A DNA stretch of 37,367 nucleotides from Thermodesulfobacteriota bacterium (GTDB lineage: Bacteria > Desulfobacterota_D > UBA1144). The translations under genes were made by a program, and so were the position numbers. Shown in pieces: positions 7,665 to 17,418 of this stretch; the first letter of the stretch is position 1, and each line of letters starts with the position of its first letter. The notes below the pieces were generated by a model, which saw only the letters and a list, made by a program, of their open reading frames with translations, ran no database searches and had not been told where the DNA came from. The stretch lies in NCBI GenBank assembly GCA_029246845.1, contig JAQWMJ010000051.1, positions 1 through 37,367 on the forward strand, in the 5' to 3' direction.

Positions 7665-8822
7665 TCATTTGGAGTTTAGTTTTTTTGCATAAAATATTTG
7701 TACCGCGACTAATATAAATAAGCCAATATAAAGTGGAGTATTTATGCTAAAACTTTGAAAGAAAAATCCAGAAAAAGGTTGCCCTGTGAACCTAGCTATA
7801 CTAAGACCAGACTGATTAATACTTAAAGCTGAACCAGCCTGATTCTCCTTTGAGTTGATACTTATTAAGCTATTTATCGTGGGATTTAATATTCCAATAC
7901 CCATAGTGCAAAAGAATATAGCTATAGATAAGACCATATAATCGTAGGATATAGTTAATGTATAAATACCAATAAAGATGAAAAGTATTGAAATAAATAT
8001 TGTCTTTTTTTCGTTAAACTTCTTAATAAAAAGATTAATAGTTACTGCTTGATGAAAAGCAAGTAGTATGCCAACAAAAGACATCATTATTCCTATTTGC
8101 TGAGGACCCCACTGAAATTTTGCTTCAGACCATAAAGCAAAAATTCCATTTAATCCAGAGAAAACAAAATTAACCAAAAAATATAGTACAAAAAGATAAG
8201 TAAGATTTCTTAGTTTTAATAAAGAGAGAATGCTATTTTTTTTATCAGAAATATGGTCGATATTAGTTTCTTTCTTAGCTGGTGATTTTAAGAAAGAAAC
8301 TAATATAAATATATTGACTATATTAATTAAAGCCGCAAAGATCGAAGAATTGAAGTATTTAGGATTCAGGCTGTCTGACCCTGCTAAGTAGCCACCAATT
8401 AGGGGACCAATTGCAAATCCCAGACTATAAGCCGAATTAAACCTCCCTACGTGCTTTGTTCTTTCTTTTACATCAGTCAAATCTGAGACAAGTGCCGATC
8501 CAACAGAGATATTACAAGAAAATAATCCGGCCACTAATCGCGAAATAAATAGCATGGGTAATGTGTTAGCAAATGCCATAATTATATGAGAAATCATATC
8601 AGCAATTGATGAAGAAATAAGAAGAGGCCTTCTTCCCAGCTTGTCAGATAATCGTCCGAGTAATGGGGAAACAAAGAATTGTATGAACGAAAAAGTTGAT
8701 ATGTAGATTGTTACCAAGAAAGGACCAGCTCCTAACATTTTTGCATGAAAAGGGAGCACTGAGATTATTATAGAGCTAAAAGCTACTACATCTAAAAAAA
8801 CATATAGAAGTAAGAAATTCAT
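7665..8822 (-). CDS. MFS transporter, TetA/DHA1-like exporter
   Basis: Motif A GRLSDKLGRRPLL, motif B SRLVAG, motif C GFAIGPLIGG; about 12 TM segments. Confidence 0.85.
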   Translation of the reverse strand: MNFLLLYVFLDVVAFSSIIISVLPFHAKMLGAGPFLVTIYISTFSFIQFFVSPLLGRLSDKLGRRPLLISSSIADMISHIIMAFANTLPMLFISRLVAGLFSCNISVGSALVSDLTDVKERTKHVGRFNSAYSLGFAIGPLIGGYLAGSDSLNPKYFNSSIFAALINIVNIFILVSFLKSPAKKETNIDHISDKKNSILSLLKLRNLTYLFVLYFLVNFVFSGLNGIFALWSEAKFQWGPQQIGIMMSFVGILLAFHQAVTINLFIKKFNEKKTIFISILFIFIGIYTLTISYDYMVLSIAIFFCTMGIGILNPTINSLISINSKENQAGSALSINQSGLSIARFTGQPFSGFFFQSFSINTPLYIGLFILVAVQIFYAKKLNSK

Positions 8823-8922
8823 TTGAATACAATAACCAAAAAACTATATATTTTTAGATTTTTTAATGCTTTACTTGCAATCACGCTAATTTAATGTTGC
8901 TAGTTCTTAATTCATCAAATTT

Positions 8923-9681
8923 TTATTGTGCACAAAAACCGCCATCAATCATAAGCGTGTGACCAGTTACGTAACTTGATTCCTCTGATAAGAGCCACTG
9001 AACTGCGTCGCTAATTTCATTTGGCTCACCAATTCTGTTCATAGGAACCATTCCACCAAATTGTTCTGGATGACCATCAGTTGGATTTTCTAGCATAGGG
9101 GTTCTAATAGGACCTGGCCCCACAGCATTAACTCGGATGTTTGATTGAGCAAGTTCGAGAGCTGCCCCTTTCGTTAGACCGGTTACAGCATGTTTTGTTG
9201 CAGAATAAACTGTTAGTCCACCATATGCTGCATGAGATAAAATAGAACTATTATTAACTATGCTGCATGGGTTTTCGGGTGAGGCGTACTTTAACATCTC
9301 TTCAATTTGGTAGTGCAAACAATAAATAACTCCTTTGATATTTACATCTACAATGTATGATGAATCTTCTGGCTTTTGAGTAGCTATAGGCTCAACATCA
9401 CCAAGTAAACCCGAATTGTTAAACGCATACTGAAATTGCCCATATTTATTTAAAGTAAATTCTATAAGATTTTTAACGTCTTCAGATTTAGATACATCAG
9501 TTTGGAGAAATTCCGCTTCTCCACCATTCTTTCTTATTATTTCTACAACCTCGTTTCCTTTTTCAACGTTTCTATTACCTATAACTTGTTTGATACCTGT
9601 TTTTGCAAGCTCAATACATGTACTTCTTCCAATCCCTGTACCCCCGCCTGTGACAATAATTACTTTATTTTTAAAATCCAT
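8923..9681 (-). CDS. Classical short-chain dehydrogenase/reductase (glucose-1-dehydrogenase-like)
   Basis: TGGGTGIG, AFNNSG, YSATK catalytic motif, IRVNAVGPG, YVTG...IDGG; strong SD GGAGG. Confidence 0.92.
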   Translation of the reverse strand: MDFKNKVIIVTGGGTGIGRSTCIELAKTGIKQVIGNRNVEKGNEVVEIIRKNGGEAEFLQTDVSKSEDVKNLIEFTLNKYGQFQYAFNNSGLLGDVEPIATQKPEDSSYIVDVNIKGVIYCLHYQIEEMLKYASPENPCSIVNNSSILSHAAYGGLTVYSATKHAVTGLTKGAALELAQSNIRVNAVGPGPIRTPMLENPTDGHPEQFGGMVPMNRIGEPNEISDAVQWLLSEESSYVTGHTLMIDGGFCAQ

Positions 9682-9766
9682 AATATTCCTCCAATAAATA
9701 TAAAATTATTAATGATAATTTTATTTCAACTTTAGTAAAAATAATAACTAATATAATTAGGAAAAA

Positions 9767-10246
9767 CTAATATTTCCTATTTTCTTTTTTTTGAACTCCA
9801 TAAATAAATTCTTCAAATTTTTTCCTTGAAATAACCTTCCTCCTTCCAATCAAAGAACTCTCTAAATGATTTTTCTTACGGATTAATTCGAACTTCCTCT
9901 TAAGGCTATTTACATTTTGAATCAAGTAAAGCAAGTATTGATGAGTAGTCCAAACTATGCTAGCTGGTGATGCAATTTTATCTAGAATATACTTAGATTC
10001 TTCAACTGATAAGTCTATTCTTGATGGACTAATTTTCAGAAAAGTTTCATTTAGGTCTAACCCCTTTTCCAGATAAATTTGAGGGTAAGCAGAAACTGCT
10101 GAAATGAGACTATCAAATGAATATGATTTTATGTAAACTTCCAGTTGATTAATTGAGAAATATAAAATTGAGGGATTATCACAAAAAAAATCAGTATGGT
10201 CAATTACCACATTTTTAAGTACATCTGGAAAAATCTTTTTATCCAT
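9767..10246 (-). CDS. Hypothetical protein (159 aa, basic C-terminus)
   Basis: ORF fills the gap between the Nudix gene and the SDR. ATG 10246 overlaps the Nudix stop by 8 nt and is more plausible than the start at 10294. Confidence 0.6.
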   Translation of the reverse strand: MDKKIFPDVLKNVVIDHTDFFCDNPSILYFSINQLEVYIKSYSFDSLISAVSAYPQIYLEKGLDLNETFLKISPSRIDLSVEESKYILDKIASPASIVWTTHQYLLYLIQNVNSLKRKFELIRKKNHLESSLIGRRKVISRKKFEEFIYGVQKKENRKY

Positions 10247-10652
10247 TGTAAATAAGTATATCAATAATTTCCTGATTTGCTTCTGGAAAATCATAATTTT
10301 TTAGTTCAGATAAAGTCACCCAATTGTAAGCATCATGTACTTTAAGAACAGGTTTAAAAATAAATTCAGTAAAAGTAATAAAACTCTCTAATTCAATATT
10401 TATATCTTTATATTCTTTTTTTACCTTACAAAGAAACTTTATATTGTTTATTTTGAATTCTATCTCTTCGTAAACTTCTCTTTTAGCGCATTCAATAGCG
10501 ATCTCGTCCTCTTGTTTACCACCAGGAAACTCCCATAATCCGTCCCTAAGTCCGGTATGTTTTCTCCTTAAAATCAGTATTTTTTTTTCAAACTGAATAA
10601 CACAGCAACAGACCTTAATATTTTTTTTTCTGTTTACAATTACTTCATTCAT
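10239..10652 (-). CDS. mutT: Nudix hydrolase, MutT/NudG-like (d)NTP pyrophosphohydrolase
   Basis: WEFPGGK...REVYEEI Nudix box; C-terminal W...L..YDFPEAN typical of MutT. Confidence 0.75.
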   Translation of the reverse strand: MNEVIVNRKKNIKVCCCVIQFEKKILILRRKHTGLRDGLWEFPGGKQEDEIAIECAKREVYEEIEFKINNIKFLCKVKKEYKDINIELESFITFTEFIFKPVLKVHDAYNWVTLSELKNYDFPEANQEIIDILIYNG

Positions 10653-10703
10653 AATTATGTTTAGAATACTTAATATTACTTCTAATGGTAATTGGTTGAT
10701 ATT

Positions 10704-11432
10704 ATGAAAAAAAGATTAGATTTATTATTAGTAGAGAGGAAAATTTTTCTTACCAGGACCAATGCTCAAGTTCATATACTCTCGGGCGAAGTTTTTGTTA
10801 ATAGTGAAAAAGTCCTCGCTTCATCAAAACTAATTGATGTTGAGGCAAAAATAGAAATTAAACTTTTAAAAGATAATTTCGTTAGTAGGGGAGGTCTGAA
10901 GTTAGAGAAAGCAATTAAATCTTTTGATATAAACCCTGAAGGCCTGATCTGTCTTGATGTTGGTGCTTCTACCGGTGGTTTTACTGATTGTTTATTGAAA
11001 AAGGGTGCATCTAAAGTTTACTGCGTAGATGTTGGATATGGTCAATTGGACTATAAACTTAGAAATAATACTAAAGTAATAAATTTTGAAAAATTGAATG
11101 CAAGGTACATTAAAAAAGATTTAATTAATGATGAAATTGATATTATAGTTATGGACGTTTCTTTTATCTCAATTACAAAGTTTGAAGATTTTTTTAAAGA
11201 ATTTAGCAGTAAAACAAACACTTTTTTAGGTTTAATTAAACCTCAATTTGAACTAACTCCAGAAAAGATAGGTAAGAACGGAATTGTAAGGAACCAATCT
11301 TATCGTGATCAAGCCATAGAAAGGGTTCGTACTTTTGTTAATAGTTTTTATGAGAATATAAGTGGCCCAATTGAATCTCCAATTAAAGGAACAAAGGGAA
11401 ATGTTGAATATTTAATTGCAGGTAAGAACTAG
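10704..11432 (+). CDS. tlyA: TlyA rRNA 2'-O-methyltransferase (S4 + MTase domains)
   Basis: KKRLDLLL, FVSRGGLKL, DVGASTGGFT, DVSFIS, IKPQFE, GTKGNVEYL; ATG 10704 preferred over TTG 10692. Confidence 0.95.
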   Translation: MKKRLDLLLVERKIFLTRTNAQVHILSGEVFVNSEKVLASSKLIDVEAKIEIKLLKDNFVSRGGLKLEKAIKSFDINPEGLICLDVGASTGGFTDCLLKKGASKVYCVDVGYGQLDYKLRNNTKVINFEKLNARYIKKDLINDEIDIIVMDVSFISITKFEDFFKEFSSKTNTFLGLIKPQFELTPEKIGKNGIVRNQSYRDQAIERVRTFVNSFYENISGPIESPIKGTKGNVEYLIAGKN

Positions 11433-11434
11433 TT

Positions 11435-12079
11435 TTATTTTTTATTCCAATCTTTTAAGAAATTTTCTAAACCAATATCTGTTAATGGATGTTTAAAGAG
11501 TTGAAGAAGAACCTTAAAGGGTAACGTGGCTACATCGGCTCCCATCCTAGCAGATTCAACAATATGAATAGGGTTTCTAATGCTTGCTACAAGGATTTCA
11601 GTAGGAAAACCATAATTTAAGAAAATATCAGAAATCTCTGTAATTAGATTCATTCCATTTGAGGATATATCGTCAAGTCTTCCTACAAAAGGACTTACAT
11701 AAGCAGCTCCTGCTTTTGCAGCAATTAGAGCTTGCGGAGCACTAAAAATGAGGGTTACATTGACAGCAATTTTCTTTTTTGAAAGAAACTTGGTCGTTTT
11801 TATTCCATCAATAGTCATTGGAAGTTTTATAACAACATTCTTATCTATCTTTGAAAGCTCTAAAGCTTCCTTTTTCATAGATTTAAAATCCGTAGAAATT
11901 ACTTCTGCACTAACAGGACCTCCTGCAATCTTACATATTTCTTTGATAGTTGTTTTAAAGTCATTTTGTTTATTTTCCTTTGCTACTAAAGAAGGATTCG
12001 TAGTAACTCCATCGAGAAGTCCTAATTCTGATGCTTCTTTAATTTCGCTTAAATTAGCGCTATCTAGAAAGAATTTCAT
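11435..12079 (-). CDS. tal: Small transaldolase (TalC/Fsa family)
   Basis: [27 protein letters not shown] (Schiff-base Lys), [14 protein letters not shown]. Confidence 0.92.
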   Translation of the reverse strand: MKFFLDSANLSEIKEASELGLLDGVTTNPSLVAKENKQNDFKTTIKEICKIAGGPVSAEVISTDFKSMKKEALELSKIDKNVVIKLPMTIDGIKTTKFLSKKKIAVNVTLIFSAPQALIAAKAGAAYVSPFVGRLDDISSNGMNLITEISDIFLNYGFPTEILVASIRNPIHIVESARMGADVATLPFKVLLQLFKHPLTDIGLENFLKDWNKK

Positions 12080-12120
12080 TTTCTAATAATACTTTATTTT
12101 TGGATAATTTAAATAAAAGT

Positions 12121-12155
12121 TTGACAATAATGATAAAACTAGGAAAATAAAGGAA
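12121..12155 (+). promoter_or_regulatory. Putative rpsT promoter (-35 TTGACA) and SD AAGGA
   Basis: Perfect TTGACA at 12121-12126; only a weak -10 candidate (GAAAAT, 16-nt spacer). Confidence 0.35.
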
Positions 12156-12161
12156 TAAATT

Positions 12162-12413
12162 ATGGCAAATAAAAGTAAGTCAGCAAAGAAGAGAGTTAGG
12201 CAAGATGTCAAAAGAAGACTGAGAAACAAGTCTGCCCTTTCTAGTATTAAAACCAAACTTAAAGCTTACAAAGTTTCGCTGGCTGAAGGGTCCGATAATA
12301 AGGACGAGTTATTACGTGGTGTTGTTTCAGCTTTCCATAAAGCTGCATCCAAAGGAATTATTCACAAAAGAAACGCTTCCAGAAATATTTCAAGAATTTC
12401 AAAGCTTTCTTAA
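12162..12413 (+). CDS. rpsT: 30S ribosomal protein S20
   Basis: MAN.SKSAKKRVRQ..KRRLRNK, KAASKGIIHKRNASR. Confidence 0.97.
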   Translation: MANKSKSAKKRVRQDVKRRLRNKSALSSIKTKLKAYKVSLAEGSDNKDELLRGVVSAFHKAASKGIIHKRNASRNISRISKLS

Positions 12414-13375
12414 TTTTTACAAAGTTTTTTAAATAAATTCAGTAATATATTGTCATAGTTCAGATTTGTAGTTTTTATTAAGACATCAACTTCTCTTAGT
12501 GCTTGTAATGCTTGAAGAATCTCATTTGTTTTCTTACGATTAGTCTCTTGATCAAAATACTTATATTGATACTTGGATACTTTTGTCGTCTTCATTATTT
12601 CTTCACTAGAAAATGATGCATCTTTCAAGCTCTTAATTTTTAAATAAGTTCTAAATCTCCAAGTTATTCTGGATATTTCAAGAAATATGTTTTCTTTGAA
12701 ATTAGTTTTTTGTATCTCCAGCAAACATGCTTTTAGATTCTTATTATTGATATAATTCATTAAATCATAGGTCTCTTTATAAGAGTCACTTTTCTGATCT
12801 TTTAATAAATCCTCAACTAAGTTCTGATTTAGAGAATTAGCCTTATTCAGGGTTTGAATCTTTTCGATAAAAGAGATGATTGATAATTTATTCTTAGATT
12901 TAACAGCTAACTCTCTGATATTCTTTTCTTTTAAATCTATATTCCTAGATTTTAGTTGATTCTTTATAAAATTTATCGTTCCCTTTTCTGAATCATCATC
13001 TGAACTTTCAAACTGACATTTAATATTTATTTTTTTATTTTCAACAATAAAAATATGCTTTGTAGTTTTCATTGGATCTAACAGGTAGTCTTGTATTTGC
13101 CTTATTATCTCAGAATCTTTTTCTTTAATTCCACTTACAATTACATACCTGAATTCTGAAGAGTAGGGGTAGGTATTGAATATACTAATTAAACTTTGGA
13201 CATCTTTGTTCTTATTAAAGTCGAAGAACATTATGTTGTCTAAAGCATCATCCGATTTTGAGTTTAGAGACTCTTTTATCGCCTGTAGAGAATAACTAGT
13301 GGAATCAACTACTTTAAGAGTAATACCGTCTTTATGCTCTATAAATTTTTCTATACTGATATTCATACTATTCAT
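12410..13375 (-). CDS. holA: DNA polymerase III delta subunit (highly divergent)
   Basis: 321 aa, convergent with rpsT (a conserved neighbourhood); TYPYSSEFRYVIV and the C-terminal L.EVD..IKT pattern fit HolA. Sequence similarity is weak. Confidence 0.7.
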   Translation of the reverse strand: MNSMNISIEKFIEHKDGITLKVVDSTSYSLQAIKESLNSKSDDALDNIMFFDFNKNKDVQSLISIFNTYPYSSEFRYVIVSGIKEKDSEIIRQIQDYLLDPMKTTKHIFIVENKKINIKCQFESSDDDSEKGTINFIKNQLKSRNIDLKEKNIRELAVKSKNKLSIISFIEKIQTLNKANSLNQNLVEDLLKDQKSDSYKETYDLMNYINNKNLKACLLEIQKTNFKENIFLEISRITWRFRTYLKIKSLKDASFSSEEIMKTTKVSKYQYKYFDQETNRKKTNEILQALQALREVDVLIKTTNLNYDNILLNLFKKLCKN

Positions 13376-13398
13376 TATTATAGTTATAATAACAGATA

Positions 13399-14016
13399 GT
13401 GATAAATAAAATCTTAACTAAGAATTTCGATATACCTCAAAATTATGAAGACTTTAATATAATCCAAAATCTTATTCACCTTGATGTCCTAACTAAAGAC
13501 TCTCCAGGCTGCCTACTTTTTCTTGAATATAAGGATGTTTATACTGTTGGCCGATTTACCAAGAATAAAGAATATGAGAACATACCTTTTATCCGCTCTT
13601 CACGGGGAGGTGATATAACTTTTCACGGTCATGGGCAGCAAGTATTTTATCCAGTTCTTAATATAAAAAAATTAGGAGTTTCTCTGCATGATTTTGTTGA
13701 TTTGATGCATAGTTTTCTAATTAAATTCTTAAAATCAAAAGATATCTCTGCAAGTAGGAGCAAAAAGGGACCTGGTCTATGGGTTGATGGTAATAAAATA
13801 TCTTTCTTTGGGGTTGCAGTTAAGAAAGGAGTCACTTTGCATGGAATCTCATTAAATATAAAATGTGACTTAAAGAAGTTTGAGATGATTAATCCATGCG
13901 GTGACGCAAGTATAAAAGTAGGGAACTTGAAAATATTAGATAAAATAGAAAGAAATAGACTAACTAACGAATTAGGTAGATTTTTTCTTGATGAATTAAA
14001 ACTTTTCCTTCCCTAA
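13399..14016 (+). CDS. lipB: Lipoyl(octanoyl) transferase
   Basis: [23 protein letters not shown]...KI, HGISLN, INPCG. GTG start. Confidence 0.92.
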   Translation: MINKILTKNFDIPQNYEDFNIIQNLIHLDVLTKDSPGCLLFLEYKDVYTVGRFTKNKEYENIPFIRSSRGGDITFHGHGQQVFYPVLNIKKLGVSLHDFVDLMHSFLIKFLKSKDISASRSKKGPGLWVDGNKISFFGVAVKKGVTLHGISLNIKCDLKKFEMINPCGDASIKVGNLKILDKIERNRLTNELGRFFLDELKLFLP

Positions 14017-14411
14017 CCAAAGAAAAAAGGAATTTCTACTTCTGCAGATTCCTTAGAATCTGAACCATGAATTATGTTTTTATCAATTGAGTCTGCGTAA
14101 TCTGCCCTTATAGTTCCTTTCGTTGCTTCGGATGGGTCAGTAGCACCCATTATCTTTCTAACCTTTAATATTGCATTTTCTCCTCTTATTACAAAAGGCA
14201 CGCACGGACCAGAGGTCATAAAACTTACTAATTCCTTATAAAAAGGACGCTCTTTGTGTATGGAGTAAAATTCGCCAGCTTGTTCTGTAGTTAATGTTAA
14301 TCGCCTAATATGTATAATTTCCAAACCATTATCTTCGAACTTTTTTAAAATAGTTCCTATTAGCTTTTTGTTAACTCCGTCAGGTTTTATTATAGATAGT
14401 GTTTCTTCCAT
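14013..14411 (-). CDS. ndk: Nucleoside diphosphate kinase
   Basis: [42 protein letters not shown]. Confidence 0.97.
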   Translation of the reverse strand: MEETLSIIKPDGVNKKLIGTILKKFEDNGLEIIHIRRLTLTTEQAGEFYSIHKERPFYKELVSFMTSGPCVPFVIRGENAILKVRKIMGATDPSEATKGTIRADYADSIDKNIIHGSDSKESAEVEIPFFFG

Positions 14412-14467
14412 TTCATTTCTCCTTTGATTGGACTCTAGTTATGCATCTTTAATATACTCAAGAAACT

Positions 14468-14496
14468 TTGACCTTGTAAATAGGTTGATTTATTAT
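14468..14496 (+). promoter_or_regulatory. Sigma70-type promoter for proA-recN
   Basis: TTGACC-N17-TATTAT, ending 20 nt before the proA ATG. Confidence 0.6.
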
Positions 14497-14516
14497 ACAA
14501 AAAAGGTCAACAAATT

Positions 14517-15791
14517 ATGGATGATAAAATTAAGAGACAAATTGAAGATTTAGCCAAATCCACAAGGCTGGCTTCATATCAAATAGCCAAAGCTTCAACT
14601 GAAGAAAAAAATAATATTCTAAAAAAAATTATATCTGGTATTGAACATTCAAGTAGCAAGATACTTGAGGCCAACAAGGTCGATTTAGTGTCAATCGAAA
14701 AGAAAAATCTTAATAGCGCTTTTATTGAAAGAATGACTTTAGATGAAAAGAAAATTAATCAGATGAAGCAAAACATTGAAGATGTTATTCTCCTAGATGA
14801 TCCTGTAGGAAAGAGAGAGGTTCTTACTGAAAGACCAAACGGATTAAGGGTATATAAGCAATCGATTCCATTAGGTGTTATATCTATAATTTATGAGTCT
14901 AGACCAAATGTTACTTCCGATGCTGCAGTTTTGTGTCTAAAATCTGGAAATGCAACAATTCTCAGGGGTGGCTCAGAATGCTTTAACACTAACCTTTGTA
15001 TTATTAAGATTATTAAGAATGCTTTAATTGAGACTGGATTTGATTCCAATTCAATTAACATGATACCTCTTACTGATAGAGAAGCTTTGAAATTTATTCT
15101 TACTTTGGATGATTATATAGACTTAGTAATACCTAGAGGTGGAGAAAATCTCATAAGATTTATATCTAATTTCTCAAGAATACCTGTTATAAAACATTAC
15201 AAAGGAGTTTGTCATGTATATATAGACGAGTTCGCAGATATGCAGAAAGCTATTGAGATAGCAGTTAATTCAAAGGTTCAAAGACCTGGGGTGTGCAATT
15301 CAATGGAAACTCTTTTGATTCATCAAAAATTAGCTTCAAAAATTTTACCAGACCTATTTAAAATTCTTGAATCCTATAAAGTAAAAGTTCATACGAATAA
15401 TAAAATTAAAGAAATAGTTAACAATAAAAACATAATTGAAGTAGCAGAGGACGACTGGCATAAGGAATATCTAGATTTAGAAATGAATATTAAGATTGTC
15501 AGCAATATCGATGAAGCTATAAACCATATAGAGAAATATGGTTCTCTTCATACTGAATCAATAGTTACGGATGATAAGAAAAGTGCCGAGTACTTTATTA
15601 ATTCCGTAAACTCATCAGCTATTATGCACAATGCTTCGACAAGATTTAATGATGGAAACGAATTAGGCTTAGGAGCTGAAATTGGAATAAGTACAACAAA
15701 GCTACATGCCTTTGGCCCGATGGGACTTAATGAGCTAACAACTAAGAAGTTTGTTATTTTAGGAGAAGGGCAAATTAAGCAAAATGCTTGA
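14517..15791 (+). CDS. proA: Gamma-glutamyl phosphate reductase
   Basis: PLGVISIIYESRPNVT, KSGNA.ILRGGSE, IPRGG, RPGVCNSMET, NASTRF.DG..LGLGAEIGIST.KLHA.GPMGL. Confidence 0.97.
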   Translation: MDDKIKRQIEDLAKSTRLASYQIAKASTEEKNNILKKIISGIEHSSSKILEANKVDLVSIEKKNLNSAFIERMTLDEKKINQMKQNIEDVILLDDPVGKREVLTERPNGLRVYKQSIPLGVISIIYESRPNVTSDAAVLCLKSGNATILRGGSECFNTNLCIIKIIKNALIETGFDSNSINMIPLTDREALKFILTLDDYIDLVIPRGGENLIRFISNFSRIPVIKHYKGVCHVYIDEFADMQKAIEIAVNSKVQRPGVCNSMETLLIHQKLASKILPDLFKILESYKVKVHTNNKIKEIVNNKNIIEVAEDDWHKEYLDLEMNIKIVSNIDEAINHIEKYGSLHTESIVTDDKKSAEYFINSVNSSAIMHNASTRFNDGNELGLGAEIGISTTKLHAFGPMGLNELTTKKFVILGEGQIKQNA

Positions 15792-17418
15792 GAAGCTAGA
15801 AGTTACAAATTTATCTATCCTCGGAAGTATTGAAGTTAATTTCAGTGATGGATTGAATATAGCGACAGGAGAGACTGGAGCTGGAAAGTCTTTGATGCTT
15901 AGTACTCTAGCCTTTTTTCCTGCTAAGAAATTTCCTCATGAACTAATTAAAAATAAAGATGATGAGACGGTAATATCTGTTGTTATTAGATTAAAAAGTA
16001 AAAATATTGAAAAGATTCTTCTAGAAAACAATTTTAAGATTGAAAGCAACGGTTTATTCAAGATTATAAGGAAAATTAGTTCAAATAAGATAACCAAATA
16101 TTATATTAATAATGTCAAAGTCAAAGCAGATATAGTAATTGAAATATTTGCAAATTATTTTTCTTTTTTTGCACAAGGGACCCAATCTTTTCTTGTAGAT
16201 AAGAGTTATCAGCTTTATGTTTTGGACAAGTTTGTTGATATGGAAGATTTGTTATTATCTTATAAGTCGAATCACATCAAATATCTGGAGTCATCTAAGC
16301 AACTTAATAAGATAGTAAGTGAAAAGAAGGAAATCGACGAAAAGAGGGAGTTTTTAAGTTTTCAACTAAATGAACTCAAGAAAATAAATATAAAAAATGT
16401 TGACCAGGAACTAAAATTTATAGAAGAAGTTAAAAATCAAAAAACGATTAATGAAAACAAGGAGGCCATCTCAGAATTAATTTCCTTTATTGACAATGAT
16501 GGTACAAGCTCCATTAATGAGATTCAAACCAGAATTGCCAGATCAAGCGTTATAGATGAAAACATAAACAAGATTGTTGAGGAGTTGTCCTCCAATATAA
16601 GTGAATTGTCTTATCAGGTCTCTATGCTAAACAATGAAGCTTCTGAAGATGAATTATTTAGCAATAAACAAGACCAATTATTCTTATTAAAAGATCTAAG
16701 GAGAAAGTATAAGCTCACTACAGATGAGCTAATAAAAAAAAGAGATCATATAAGTGATATGTTCTCACGTGAACCTAATATTGATAATATGATTTTAAAA
16801 ATTCAGAAAGAAAATAGTCTTTTAAGGGACATTTGCTTAAAAGAAGCTCGGACCATCTCAAAAAAACGTAAAAAGGGCTCTCTTATTTTGAGTAAATTAA
16901 TCAAGAATGGACTCATTGATTTGGGAATACCAAGTTCAAATTGGATTGTGAGTTTTCGTGAGATAGAGATTTGTAATAATGGTATCGATGATATTGAGTT
17001 TCTTTTTTCAGCAAACCCAGATTTTCCTCCCGAGCCATTAAAGTCCGTAGCCTCAGGTGGTGAACTATCCAGGATAATGTTGGTAATCTCCCTGGAAATT
17101 TCTAAAGTTTTTGAAAGTAAAATTGTTTTATTTGATGAACCAGATGTTGGTATTGGTGGAGCTGTTGCTGAGAAACTGGGAGAAAAAATTGCAAAATTAT
17201 CTAAATCTTCTCAAGTACTATGCATTAGCCATTTGCCACAGGTTGCATCCTTTGCAGATACTCATTTGCTAATTTCTAAGAAATTAAATAAAGGTGTAAC
17301 GAATATAGCGGTACGAAGTCTTACAAAACAAGAGCGAGTAAAAGAGATAGCAAGGATGATGAGTGGGAAAAAAATAGAGAATGAAGCACTAATTTTGGCT
17401 GACAAAATGATTAAATAA
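15784..17418 (+). CDS. recN: DNA repair protein RecN
   Basis: Walker A GETGAGKS, coiled coil, VASGGELSRIML, FDEPDVGIGG, CISHLPQVA. Confidence 0.93.
   Translation: MLEKLEVTNLSILGSIEVNFSDGLNIATGETGAGKSLMLSTLAFFPAKKFPHELIKNKDDETVISVVIRLKSKNIEKILLENNFKIESNGLFKIIRKISSNKITKYYINNVKVKADIVIEIFANYFSFFAQGTQSFLVDKSYQLYVLDKFVDMEDLLLSYKSNHIKYLESSKQLNKIVSEKKEIDEKREFLSFQLNELKKINIKNVDQELKFIEEVKNQKTINENKEAISELISFIDNDGTSSINEIQTRIARSSVIDENINKIVEELSSNISELSYQVSMLNNEASEDELFSNKQDQLFLLKDLRRKYKLTTDELIKKRDHISDMFSREPNIDNMILKIQKENSLLRDICLKEARTISKKRKKGSLILSKLIKNGLIDLGIPSSNWIVSFREIEICNNGIDDIEFLFSANPDFPPEPLKSVASGGELSRIMLVISLEISKVFESKIVLFDEPDVGIGGAVAEKLGEKIAKLSKSSQVLCISHLPQVASFADTHLLISKKLNKGVTNIAVRSLTKQERVKEIARMMSGKKIENEALILADKMIK

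Noticed and set aside
10580..10629. Two A9 tracts in mutT as a mutator phase switch
   Set aside because: Similar tracts occur in other core genes of this AT-rich sequence (e.g. near 32146) and the frame is intact.
10704..11432. TlyA as a haemolysin or virulence factor
   Set aside because: Motifs and context fit an rRNA methyltransferase.
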